A stretch of DNA of 64,000 bases. Origin: Lysobacterales bacterium. GTDB lineage: Bacteria > Pseudomonadota > Gammaproteobacteria > Xanthomonadales > SZUA-5. The notes under the pieces are model-generated. The model saw only the letters and a list, made by a program, of their open reading frames with translations. It had not been told where the DNA came from and made no database searches. Each line of letters opens with the position of its first letter. Position 1 is the stretch's first letter. The DNA lies in the NCBI GenBank assembly GCA_022844165.1, contig JALHMH010000008.1, forward strand, positions 11,294 through 75,293, read 5' to 3'. Shown here piece after piece: positions 16,456-26,045 of the stretch. Position numbers and translations under genes: made by a program.

Positions 16456-19113
16456 CTATAGCTGCTTCAGCAAGGCGATAAGGCGAGCGCGGTCCGCAGA
16501 TTCCAGTACCGCCGGGATGGCGTCGATATGCGGCTTTGGCGAGAGCCGTTGCAGCAAGGGCGAACGCAACTCGCGAGTCGAGGCAGTTCCGGGAGGGGCG
16601 TCCCAGGTCAGGCCCAGCGCCTCCATTTGCATCGCGCTCTGCGCCGGACAATCGCTGGGCACACGCTTCTGCGGCTGCGATTCGCCCCGCAGTGCTGCGC
16701 GCAGCGCTACGTATTCCGCACGATCGCATTCATAGGTCTTGCGCGCATCGAACGCAGGGTCGGGACGATCGGGTAACGTCCCAAGTTCACCCAACAGTTG
16801 CAGCGTCAGATCGGCCTGTTCGTGCACTGGGTTGCGTTTCAGTGCAGTACGCGCAACGGTTTCCGCCAGTGCCGGTTCATTGAACTCGTACAGCGCCCAG
16901 GCGAGTGGTCCAAGATAATCGGCGAGGCGCGGCGAATCGCGACCAAGAACCCCAAGAACCGTCTCCAGACTGGTCAGCAGCGTTGGGAAAACGTCGTGAT
17001 TGGCGCCGATACTCAGTGCCACGCGGGATCTGATCAGCAGGAGATGCGCGCGAGCCTGCGGATCGAGATTCTCCAGTCGCTTCTGATCGACGCCCTGCAA
17101 CAACTCCAACGCGCGATGGTTCTGGGCGGAAAAGACCAACATGATGGCAGCGTTGATCACCGTTTGCGTGGGGCGAGGGTGATCCGATCCGAGTCTCTTC
17201 TGTGTTTCGCCGATCAAACTCAACAATTGCTCCGCCGCCTGATCGGGTCGCCCGGCGTTGCCCAACGCGGTCGCAACATTACCGCGATGGTTGAACCAGC
17301 GTTGCGATTGGCGCGGATCGTTGCGATCGATCAGAGTTTCAGCTTCCGCATAAACCTTCAGTGCCGCATCGGCATCGCCAGTCCTTTGCAGCAGGATGGC
17401 GCGTTCGGCGAGTACGTCGTAGCGAAAGCGCGGCTCGGCGCGATTCAGGTCGATGGCGTCCAATTCCCGCAGCGCCGCATCGAACTCGGCGCGATCGCTC
17501 AGGATGCGCGCTCGCGCCAGGACCAAGGTGTCAGGCGGCGGCTTGTCGTAGGTTCGGGTGAAGTTGGCGATCGCGTCCAATGCGGCGTCTTGCTCGCCGC
17601 TTCGTGCGAGTGCCTGAATCTGCTCCGCGGCGACCGGCGCTCGCTGGTCGGCGGGCGCAAGTTCCAGGGCGCGCGTCCACAGCGCCAGCGCCTTGCTGTA
17701 ATTTTGCAGGGTTCCCTGCAGCTGCGCCAGGCGCTGCAGAATTTGCCGATGAAATTCGCGGTCGGCCGGCGTGGTGGTCAGAAAGTCGTCGCTGGCGGCA
17801 TCCACCACGGCGCTGACGGTGACGCTGCCCGGTTGATGCAGATAGGGGTCGGCAGGTTCCAACATCTGGGTCATTGTCTGCAGCACGCGGTCGATACGCA
17901 AAGCGTGTTCTGCCTGTTGTTGCGCCAGGCGCAAGGCCGACACACCAGCGACAACAACGATGCCGACCACAGCTGCCGTCACAGCGACACCCAGGCGACG
18001 GCGCTTGACGAAGCGCGCGAGGCGATAGCTCGCCGTTGCGCGGCGCGCGCGAACCGGCAGCGCGGCGCGGAAACGCTGAAGATCGTCGCCGAGCTCAGCG
18101 GCCGAGCGATATCGATCGCTGGGATCGAACTGCAAACACTTCAGTACGATCGCATCGATGTCGCCCCGCAGCAGACGTTGCTGAGCGCCATCCACGACGG
18201 ACTCGCTCGGTGCAATCAACCGCGTATCGGCATGCAAGCGCTCGGAGGGCCACGCCGCATCGGCATCTGCATAAGGCCAACGTGCAGTCAGTAGATGGAA
18301 CATCAGCAAACCCAGTTGGTAGACATCGCTCGCCACACCAACCGGTCGTCCCAGAAGTTGTTCCGGAGACGCGTAGCGCAAGGTCATCGGCGCAGCGCCG
18401 GTGCGCGTTTTGTCCGCTCGCAAATCCAGGGTGTCATCGAGCACTTTCGCGATGCCGAAGTCGATCAGTTTCGGTTCGCCATGCGCCATCAGCACATTGC
18501 TCGGTTTGATATCGCGATGGATGACCAGATGCTGGTGGGCCAGACTCAGTGCATCGCATAAACGGAGGATCGCGGAAACGATGCGAGGAAAGTCCTCGCG
18601 GTTCGGATTGAGCGCGAGATCGATAGGCACGCCATCGATACGTTCGAGCACCATATAGGCGCGTTCGTCGGCGACCCCGACGTCCAGTAACGTGGCGATG
18701 TTCGGATGTTTGAGGCGCGCCAGAATATGTTGCTCGTTGAGAAAGCGCGCGCGGTCGATGGCGCCAGGTAACCACTGACGCAGTACCTTGATCGCGACCG
18801 GCTGCTCAGAACCGCTGACGAGTCTCACGCCGCCGTAGACGATGGCCATTCCACCTCGCCCGAGCTCGCCTTCGATGCGGTAGCCAGCGATATGCGGCGC
18901 GGGTAGTTCTTCCGCTACCCGGTGCAAATGTGAGCCGGCCTGCTTGAGGCTGAGCGTGTCCGCTTCAACGACCATGCGCAGCAGTTTTCGCAGGCTTTCG
19001 GCCATCGTTGGGTCTGTGGCTTCGATCTGCGCCAGGTACTCACGGCGCGATTCCAGCGGCAGATTCATCAGCATTTCAAGTTGCGCATCGAGTGCGGCGA
19101 TGTCGCGCGCCAT
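16456..19113 (-). CDS. Membrane Hanks-type Ser/Thr protein kinase with TPR-like extracytoplasmic region (PknS-like)
   Basis: LGRGGMAIVY, VAIK, HRDIKPSN, DFGIAK, YASPEQ, SDVYQLG; TM segment LGVAVTAAVVGIVVVAGVSAL; helical repeats after it. Confidence 0.92.
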   Translation of the reverse strand: MARDIAALDAQLEMLMNLPLESRREYLAQIEATDPTMAESLRKLLRMVVEADTLSLKQAGSHLHRVAEELPAPHIAGYRIEGELGRGGMAIVYGGVRLVSGSEQPVAIKVLRQWLPGAIDRARFLNEQHILARLKHPNIATLLDVGVADERAYMVLERIDGVPIDLALNPNREDFPRIVSAILRLCDALSLAHQHLVIHRDIKPSNVLMAHGEPKLIDFGIAKVLDDTLDLRADKTRTGAAPMTLRYASPEQLLGRPVGVASDVYQLGLLMFHLLTARWPYADADAAWPSERLHADTRLIAPSESVVDGAQQRLLRGDIDAIVLKCLQFDPSDRYRSAAELGDDLQRFRAALPVRARRATASYRLARFVKRRRLGVAVTAAVVGIVVVAGVSALRLAQQQAEHALRIDRVLQTMTQMLEPADPYLHQPGSVTVSAVVDAASDDFLTTTPADREFHRQILQRLAQLQGTLQNYSKALALWTRALELAPADQRAPVAAEQIQALARSGEQDAALDAIANFTRTYDKPPPDTLVLARARILSDRAEFDAALRELDAIDLNRAEPRFRYDVLAERAILLQRTGDADAALKVYAEAETLIDRNDPRQSQRWFNHRGNVATALGNAGRPDQAAEQLLSLIGETQKRLGSDHPRPTQTVINAAIMLVFSAQNHRALELLQGVDQKRLENLDPQARAHLLLIRSRVALSIGANHDVFPTLLTSLETVLGVLGRDSPRLADYLGPLAWALYEFNEPALAETVARTALKRNPVHEQADLTLQLLGELGTLPDRPDPAFDARKTYECDRAEYVALRAALRGESQPQKRVPSDCPAQSAMQMEALGLTWDAPPGTASTRELRSPLLQRLSPKPHIDAIPAVLESADRARLIALLKQL

Positions 19114-19147
19114 AGCTTCGAACTCCAGAAAGGCGACTGGTAGAGAG

Positions 19148-19173
19148 TACGCACTCGGGGCGTTCCAGCGACA
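19148..19173 (-). promoter_or_regulatory. Putative ECF promoter, copy 2: TGTCG-CTGGAACGCCCCGAG-TGCGTA
   Basis: Ends 35 nt upstream of the kinase ATG; shares 14 identical nt (CCGAGTGCGTACTC) with copy 1. Confidence 0.7.
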
Positions 19174-19264
19174 GCGGTGAGGACGAATTCTTGTTCGGGC
19201 GTTTGCCTGCGCGCGGCGACGCGCCCGGCCCTCCGACGGAAGGTGGTGTTTTCTGCTTCGGCGG

Positions 19265-19290
19265 TGTCGTTTCGTGACCGCTTCTGCGTC
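19265..19290 (+). promoter_or_regulatory. Putative ECF promoter, copy 3: TGTCG-TTTCGTGACCGCTTC-TGCGTC
   Basis: About 100 nt upstream of ATG 19394; shares TGTCGTTTCG with copy 1. Confidence 0.65.
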
Positions 19291-19393
19291 TATAGAGGGT
19301 GTGGCACAGGATAATCCGCGTCAGATGCATCAAGTGCTCCTGCAACGCTGGACGAATCGAATCACAGAATGCGCAGAATCAAAGGGGATCGTC

Positions 19394-22300
19394 ATGCGTC
19401 TGCGAATCGTCATTTTGGCCGTGGCCCTTTCGAGTCAGGCGCCAGCCCAGTCCACTACGACCGATTGGCCGACAGGTATTGGGTTTCCGAACGTTCCCCG
19501 CACGGAAGGACAGCTGCTTGCAGGGCCGTTTGGCGTGACCGATGGCCGCGGCGCGATTATCGCCTGGCATAACGGTGTTCTGTTCACATCGCCCGAGTCG
19601 CCATCGAGCAATCCGGGATCGACGATCCAGGCGCGCATGTGGAACATCAGCGATCCGGGCAATCCGCGAATTATCGTCAATGCGCCGGCGAACGCGCAGG
19701 GCTCGCTCGGCACTTCGCCGATGGCGATCAATGCGCATGGGTACTTTCATGTCGGTCAGAATATGGCGACGGGTGCCGCAGGTCATTGGTTGGTACTCGG
19801 CGCCGATTGGCCGCCTGAGGCGCCCTGGTCGTTTCGCGCGACGGCCGGGCAAGTGGGCATCACGCGCCAGGCATCGCAGCACTTTGGCGCCGGCGTGCGC
19901 GGGCAACTGTACGGCCCGTGGTTTATCGATCAGACCTGGTGGAGTTATGGGCAGGTCAGCGGACAGGCGCAGATCTACACGAACGGCGCACCCGGCAACC
20001 CAGGCAGTACATTGCAGTCGACTTTCGATCACCTGGGGATGACCGGTGTGGTGGGTCATCCCTTCTTGCTGGGCAATTTGCTGATTTATGCGTCCGATCA
20101 GAGCCGCACGGGCGTCGCGACGTACGACATCAGCAATCCGCAGCAGCCCGCACTGCTCGATGTGCTGCGTACCGGCGGCCCTGGTGGCTATTGGCCAGAA
20201 CTGTGGGCCAGCGAAGGCGAGTTGTACGTGGTCTTTCCGTACAACGACAACGGCAACGGGATGCGCATTGTCGATGCCACCGATCCGACCGCACTGCGCT
20301 TTGTTGCCGATGTGCCGTTGCCCAGGCCGAACGGATCCTCCGGCGCAATGTATGCACAGTTCCAGGATGAGTTTGGGTTTATCGGGGACCACAAAATCGA
20401 TATGCGAACCCGCGCATCCGTGCGCCAGTTCGCAACGCTGAGCAACAACATCGACATCAGCCAATTCGCCCTTCCCGTCGGGAATTTGCTGGTGACCGGC
20501 GGCATCGGAAATCCCGGGCAGGGATATGCGATTTACGCGCACCAGGCGACACCGGATACGCGCCCGCCGAGTGTCGCGTATCACATCCCACGCGCCGGAC
20601 AGACCAGTTATCCGCGTGGCGCGCCAATCAGCGTGATCATCCATGAGACGCTGAATACACTGTCCATTGTCAATGGCGACACGTTCATGGTCCGCCAGGT
20701 TCTGAGCCCTGGCGTTTATGGCACGCCGCTCGCTGGTCGCTGGACTTTCTCATTCAATGATGTGCTGACCTTCCAGCCTAATGCGTTGTTGGCGGTCAAT
20801 GCCACCTACGAGGTGCGGTTGTCGGGCATCACGGACGCTGCCGGCAATGCGATGCTGCCCTACGCGTTTACCTTTTCCACGGGCGGTTCGGTCGGCGGCA
20901 ATCGGCCGCCCACGGTCACCGGTTTCACGGCGTTGCCATATCCGGCCGCGCCGGGCCAGAACGTCGATTTCGTCGCCACCGGCAGCGATCCTGACGGCGA
21001 TCTGTTGGAGTATCGATTCGACTTCGGCGACGGTACGCCTCGCACCGCCTGGGGCGCCGCAGCCGCTCAACGCGCTTATGCCAACCCCGGACACTATCGG
21101 GCCAGCGTGCAGGTTCGCGACCCGTCTGGCGTGATCGCCACGCGCACTCGCGTGGTGACGGTACTCTCCGCGTTACCGGTCACTCGGCCCACAGCCAGTT
21201 CACCCATCGCGTGCGATGGCACCGGGCGTCGCGTGTGGACAATCAATCCCGATAGCGACACGATCAGCGTGCTCGACGCCGATTCACTGGCGAAGGTCGG
21301 CGAGTACCCGACGTGCAACGGTCCACGATCGTTGGCGCGCACTGGCAATGAGGTCTGGGTTGCGTGTCACGACGACGACATCGTGCGCATTCATAATGCC
21401 GGCACCGGCGCAACGCTGGCCAGCATCGATACTGGGTACGGCTCTGCGCCCGTCGGTGTCGCGGTCGCGCCGGATGGTGTGAGCGCATTCGTGAGCCTGA
21501 CGAACCGCGGCGAATTGCGGCGCTTTAGCATCTCAACGCGACTACAAACCGGCGTTCTGGCGCTGGGGCGCACACCACGCGGGGTCGCGGTATCTGCCGA
21601 CGGAACACGCGTACTTGTGTCGCGTTTCTTGTCGCCGCTGCACCATGGCGAGATTTGGGACATCAACGCGTCGACGATGCAGTTGACACGCACGATCCGC
21701 ATTCCCAAATTTGGTGGCGACGCCAATCGGGACACCACTGCAAGCGGTCGCGGTGTCGCCAACTATTTGGCGAACGTGGCAATTTCTCCGCGCAGTGGTC
21801 GCGCATTCGTGCCGGCGAACAAACCCAACAATGAGCGCGGCTTGTTGATTCATCCGAGCCAGGATCTGGATCAGGACAACAGCGTCAGAAATCTGCTGAT
21901 CGAGATCGATCCCGCAGGTGCCACGCCGCAAGATCGTTTCCGCCGTGGTATCGACATCGACAACAGTGATTCGGCCAGCAGCGTCGCGTTTTCGCCGCTA
22001 GGCGATTACCTGCTGGTGACATTGCAGGGAATGAATGAACTGCTCGTGCTCGACGCCCTCGCGCTCGACGCCAATGCCGGACTCGGTGCGCTGGTCACGC
22101 GCATCGCTGTTGGCGCCGCGCCGCAGGGCGTCTGCAGCGACGCAGCGACGGGACGCACCTTCGTACACAACTTTATGGGGCGCAGCGTCAGTGCGCTGGA
22201 GACGGCTGCGCTTTACAGCAGCGGCGATATCCAGGTTGCCTCGACGAATATCGCGATGGTGGCCAACGAAACGTTGGCGCCGAATGTGTTGCAAGGCAAG

Positions 22301-23530
22301 CGCCTTTTTTATCACGCGGGCGATCCGCGGATGAGCGCCGAGGGCTATATCTCTTGTGCAACGTGTCATATCGATGGGAGCGAGGACGGTCGCGTATGGG
22401 ATTTCACCGGTCGCGGCGAAGGCCTGCGCAATACGACCACACTGAACGGCCGCGGCGGCACGGCGCATGGACGCGTGCATTGGAGCGCTAATTTCGATGA
22501 GATTCAGGACTTCGAGAACGACATCCGCGGGCCCTTCGGTGGCGCGGGTTTCTTGACAACGCAGCAATTCGCAGCAACCAGCAATCCGCTCGGTGCATCC
22601 AAAGCGGGCTTGAGCGCGGATCTCGACGCGTTGGCTGCCTATGTGGCATCGCTCGATCAAAGCCACATTCCGCGCAGTCCGTTCCGCCAAGCCAGCGGTG
22701 CCAACACCGCCGGCGCCGTGCAAGGCGAGGCCATTTTTGCGCGGGAGAATTGCGCCAGTTGCCATGCGCCGCCGCGATATACCAATAGTTTATTGGCATC
22801 GTCCAGCTTAAGCGATGTTGGCACGCTGCGTGCCAGTTCCGGTAGTCGCCTTGGCGGAGCGCTCACCGGCATCGACGTGCCGACCCTGCGCGGTGTATTT
22901 GCCAGCGCGCCCTATTTGCACGATGGCAGCGCCGCGACGTTGGACGATGTTTTTCGCTTCAGCGGAGGTGTGACTTTGCCGGCCGAAAATGCGCTGCGCA
23001 CCGGCGGCGCTGCGTTGATCAACAATTTTGTCGACCTCAATAACGACGATACGGTGCGGGGCCGTGCGTATGTGCAGCTTGAAAGCAGCGGCCAGCGGCT
23101 GACCTTCAACAATGTCGATGGCGGTGCTGGTGGGGCAGGAGCATTGGAGTTGCGCTACAGCAATTCGCGCAGCGGCGGGCAGACGCAGGCGCTGACGGTT
23201 CGGGTCAACGGCGTGGCGCTGCCATCGGTCAATCTTCCCGCGACGGATAACGATCCGACGTGGCGAACGACCAACTGGAACAGCCTTCGCGTTGAGAACG
23301 TGGTGCTTAACGTCGGTACAAGCAACAGCATTGAGATCGAAACCAACGGTTGGTATCTGGCGGTCGACGAAGTGCTGATCGCAAACGCCAATCGGCTGCT
23401 CCTGGCGCAAGCACACCGTCGCGTGCTCGGTCTGCCCACGGGCGAACGCGACGCTCTCATGGCGTTCCTTCGCGAACTGGACAGCACGCCGGGCGTCGTC
23501 GACGGCGTGTTCCAAAATGGCTTCGAGTGA
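19394..23530 (+). CDS. Large secreted multidomain protein (1378 aa): LVIVD-like repeats, Ig-like (Big_5), PKD, YVTN/YncE beta-propeller, di-haem cytochrome c (CcP/MauG superfamily-like), CBM6/35-like module, C-terminal DGVFQNGFE
   Basis: Signal peptide MRLRIVILAVALSSQAPA; YDISNP and VDATDP repeats; YRFDFGDG (PKD); CATCH (22355) and CASCH (22751); LHDGSAATL; ELRYSN. Confidence 0.8.
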   Translation: MRLRIVILAVALSSQAPAQSTTTDWPTGIGFPNVPRTEGQLLAGPFGVTDGRGAIIAWHNGVLFTSPESPSSNPGSTIQARMWNISDPGNPRIIVNAPANAQGSLGTSPMAINAHGYFHVGQNMATGAAGHWLVLGADWPPEAPWSFRATAGQVGITRQASQHFGAGVRGQLYGPWFIDQTWWSYGQVSGQAQIYTNGAPGNPGSTLQSTFDHLGMTGVVGHPFLLGNLLIYASDQSRTGVATYDISNPQQPALLDVLRTGGPGGYWPELWASEGELYVVFPYNDNGNGMRIVDATDPTALRFVADVPLPRPNGSSGAMYAQFQDEFGFIGDHKIDMRTRASVRQFATLSNNIDISQFALPVGNLLVTGGIGNPGQGYAIYAHQATPDTRPPSVAYHIPRAGQTSYPRGAPISVIIHETLNTLSIVNGDTFMVRQVLSPGVYGTPLAGRWTFSFNDVLTFQPNALLAVNATYEVRLSGITDAAGNAMLPYAFTFSTGGSVGGNRPPTVTGFTALPYPAAPGQNVDFVATGSDPDGDLLEYRFDFGDGTPRTAWGAAAAQRAYANPGHYRASVQVRDPSGVIATRTRVVTVLSALPVTRPTASSPIACDGTGRRVWTINPDSDTISVLDADSLAKVGEYPTCNGPRSLARTGNEVWVACHDDDIVRIHNAGTGATLASIDTGYGSAPVGVAVAPDGVSAFVSLTNRGELRRFSISTRLQTGVLALGRTPRGVAVSADGTRVLVSRFLSPLHHGEIWDINASTMQLTRTIRIPKFGGDANRDTTASGRGVANYLANVAISPRSGRAFVPANKPNNERGLLIHPSQDLDQDNSVRNLLIEIDPAGATPQDRFRRGIDIDNSDSASSVAFSPLGDYLLVTLQGMNELLVLDALALDANAGLGALVTRIAVGAAPQGVCSDAATGRTFVHNFMGRSVSALETAALYSSGDIQVASTNIAMVANETLAPNVLQGKRLFYHAGDPRMSAEGYISCATCHIDGSEDGRVWDFTGRGEGLRNTTTLNGRGGTAHGRVHWSANFDEIQDFENDIRGPFGGAGFLTTQQFAATSNPLGASKAGLSADLDALAAYVASLDQSHIPRSPFRQASGANTAGAVQGEAIFARENCASCHAPPRYTNSLLASSSLSDVGTLRASSGSRLGGALTGIDVPTLRGVFASAPYLHDGSAATLDDVFRFSGGVTLPAENALRTGGAALINNFVDLNNDDTVRGRAYVQLESSGQRLTFNNVDGGAGGAGALELRYSNSRSGGQTQALTVRVNGVALPSVNLPATDNDPTWRTTNWNSLRVENVVLNVGTSNSIEIETNGWYLAVDEVLIANANRLLLAQAHRRVLGLPTGERDALMAFLRELDSTPGVVDGVFQNGFE

Positions 23531-23633
23531 CGCCGTCTGGCGCATAGCGCAAGGCAACGCCATCGTGGTTCAGTTTCTCCTGGTCGGACGTTCGAGAATC
23601 TGGCCGCCGACACTTTTCCTTTAGTTCGCGTCC

Positions 23634-23659
23634 TGTCGAACATACGTCTCATTGGCGTA
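23634..23659 (+). promoter_or_regulatory. Putative ECF promoter, copy 4: TGTCG-AACATACGTCTCATT-GGCGTA
   Basis: Same TGTCG-N16-GCGT spacing, intergenic, about 150 nt upstream of the lipase operon. Confidence 0.45.
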
Positions 23660-23736
23660 GGTTCCGAGAGCAACCAAATTGCCGCGCACTGCTGCAACGC
23701 AGCAATTTTGCGTTACGCTCTTTCGTTAGTTTTGTG

Positions 23737-23765
23737 TTGCGTTCGGTTGACAGCACTACTAGCAT
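23737..23765 (+). promoter_or_regulatory. Possible sigma70 promoter TTGCGT-N17-TAGCAT for the lipase/DUF1302 operon
   Basis: Canonical 17-nt spacing in an AT-richer patch, 46 nt before ATG 23812. Confidence 0.35.
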
Positions 23766-23811
23766 CAATCCGATCTTGCCTTATCCCGAACCCCCAACAA
23801 GGAACCCGCGC

Positions 23812-26013
23812 ATGCACCTTCAGCGGCTTGTCCCATTGGCGATTGCTGGTCTTCTGCTTGGCGCTTGTAGCGGCAGCAGCAATAGCCCGCGCGCCACCCC
23901 CGTCCAGGGCGCCACGAATAGCAACGGCCAGTTCGTCAGCGGTATCCATACGGCCCGTTTTGATCCATCGACCGGCGTCATCCCGTTTCCGAACAATCTT
24001 TTGCTTCAAGGTTCGCGGGATCTCACGATCAATGCGCCGGCAGCGAATCCGAACAACTTTGGCGACCCAACCGTCGCTCTGAACGCACTCGACGGATTTT
24101 CGACCACCTCGCCGTGGTCGATGACCTTTACCGCCGCGATAGCGCCGACGACGCTGACGCCCGGTAACACGGTGCGCCTCTTTGAGGTTGCGGTGGTGAC
24201 ATCCGGTCCTGGCGCTGGCGCAGTGCAGCGAGTGGTGCGTGAGTTGGCATCGCCTGCCGAGTATGTGGTTGCGATTTCGACCACTGATGCCACCAATCGA
24301 ACGATGGCGATCGTTCCGACGCGGCCACTGGAAGAATTAAAGTCGTATATGGCCGTCGTCACCAACGGCGTCACCGACACCGCCGGTAACAATGCGACGC
24401 CCGATTCAGCTTACTTCCTGGCGAAGAGAACTTCCCCATTGTCGCAGGGAACCGGCACGGCATGCGTGTCGCTCGATCCGCTGTTGCCGGCATCCACCGC
24501 ATGTGGGTTAGAGCCGCTCCGTCAGCTGACCAACTCATTCGAAGCAGCAGCTGCTGCGGCTGGCGTCAATCGCGCCAATATCGTGTTGTCCTGGGTTGCC
24601 AATACGCAGGGTGTGACACCCACACTGCGCCTCGTCCGCAGCAACGCGCGCCCGGCAACAACCCGGTTCGCCCGCACCGGGCTGACGACCGCAGCGGCCG
24701 GCCTGCCGCCGATCGCTGACATTTTCATCGGCACGATCGGGTTGCCCTACTACCTGACAGCGCCCGGTACGGGAACCCCTGCTGCGCCAGCGTCTGCGGT
24801 GCTGACGGGTTTTTGGCGCGCGGCGCCGGGCGCTTATGTGCCGCCGTTTAACGCCTTGGGACTGGACTCGACATCCACCAACCTGACGGTGGCTAACCCG
24901 ATTCCGGTGGCGACCTCAACACAGACCGCGCCCGTCCTGGTGACCATCCCAAATGCCGCCAGCGGCCAGACGCGGCCAGCTGCGGGATGGCCAGTGGTTA
25001 TCTTTCAGCACGGTATCACGCGTAACCGATGCGACATGTTGGCGATCTCAGCAACCTTCGCTCAAGCCGGTTGGGCTGTCGTCGCCATCGATCAGCCGCT
25101 CCACGGTGCTTCGCCGACCGCAACCACAGACCAGTGCCAACCGTTCTACATCGGCCGAACACCATTTGCCCAAGCCGGCGCTCGCGAGCGCACGTTCGAC
25201 GTCGATTTAATCAACAATGCGACGGGTGCGCCGGGTCCCGATGGGCAAGTCGATCCCACTGGAGCGCATTCGATCAACCTGTCCAGCCTTCTCACCTCGC
25301 GTGACAACGTACGCCAGGCGGCGGCGGATCTGGGCGTACTGGCCGTCAGCATTCCGACGATGGATGTGGATGGCAACACCGCAGCGGATTTCGACGGCTC
25401 ACGGATCGCTTTCGTCGGGCAATCGTTGGGTTCGATTGTTGGCACAACATTTCTCGCATTGGAGCCCACGGTGAACGTGGCCGTTCTAAGCGTGCCAGGT
25501 GGTGGTATCGCCAATCTCCTCAATGGATCGCCCACATTCGGCCCGCGAATTCGCGCTGGCATTTCGGCGGCCTCAGGTATTCCGACAAACGATCCGCGCT
25601 TTCCAGGAACATTGGGCCAGTTCCTGCTGATTACGCAGACGGTCATCGACTCGGGCGATCCGATCAATTACGCGCGACTTGCTTCGACCAAGCGCATCTT
25701 GCTTCAAGAGGTCGTTGGCGGTGGAACAGTGTTGCCGGATCAGGTGGTGCCAAATACGGTCGCTGGTGCGCCGCTGTCGGGTACGGAACCCCTGATTGCC
25801 GCGTTGGGCCTGAGCACCATCACCCAGAACACCACGAACGCGAACGGCATTCGTGGCGTGACGCGCTTCATCGTTGGCGATCATGGCTCACTGTTGTCGC
25901 CGACGGCATCGCTCGCGGCCACCGTCGAGATGCAAGGTCAGATGGCGTCGATGGTTGCATCGGGCGGAGCCCAAGTGAACGTCGCGAATCGCGCCGTGAT
26001 TCGTACGCAGTAA
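23812..26013 (+). CDS. Lipoprotein lipase/phospholipase of the VolA/Pla-1/Cef family (733 aa)
   Basis: Lipobox LLLGA-C; IPFPNNLL, NALDGFST, VVIFQHGIT, AIDQPLHG, nucleophile GQSLG, DSGDPIN, GDHGSLL. Confidence 0.88.
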   Translation: MHLQRLVPLAIAGLLLGACSGSSNSPRATPVQGATNSNGQFVSGIHTARFDPSTGVIPFPNNLLLQGSRDLTINAPAANPNNFGDPTVALNALDGFSTTSPWSMTFTAAIAPTTLTPGNTVRLFEVAVVTSGPGAGAVQRVVRELASPAEYVVAISTTDATNRTMAIVPTRPLEELKSYMAVVTNGVTDTAGNNATPDSAYFLAKRTSPLSQGTGTACVSLDPLLPASTACGLEPLRQLTNSFEAAAAAAGVNRANIVLSWVANTQGVTPTLRLVRSNARPATTRFARTGLTTAAAGLPPIADIFIGTIGLPYYLTAPGTGTPAAPASAVLTGFWRAAPGAYVPPFNALGLDSTSTNLTVANPIPVATSTQTAPVLVTIPNAASGQTRPAAGWPVVIFQHGITRNRCDMLAISATFAQAGWAVVAIDQPLHGASPTATTDQCQPFYIGRTPFAQAGARERTFDVDLINNATGAPGPDGQVDPTGAHSINLSSLLTSRDNVRQAAADLGVLAVSIPTMDVDGNTAADFDGSRIAFVGQSLGSIVGTTFLALEPTVNVAVLSVPGGGIANLLNGSPTFGPRIRAGISAASGIPTNDPRFPGTLGQFLLITQTVIDSGDPINYARLASTKRILLQEVVGGGTVLPDQVVPNTVAGAPLSGTEPLIAALGLSTITQNTTNANGIRGVTRFIVGDHGSLLSPTASLAATVEMQGQMASMVASGGAQVNVANRAVIRTQ

Positions 26014-26045
26014 TCGAGAAGCGATCGGACACCATGGAGAAAACG

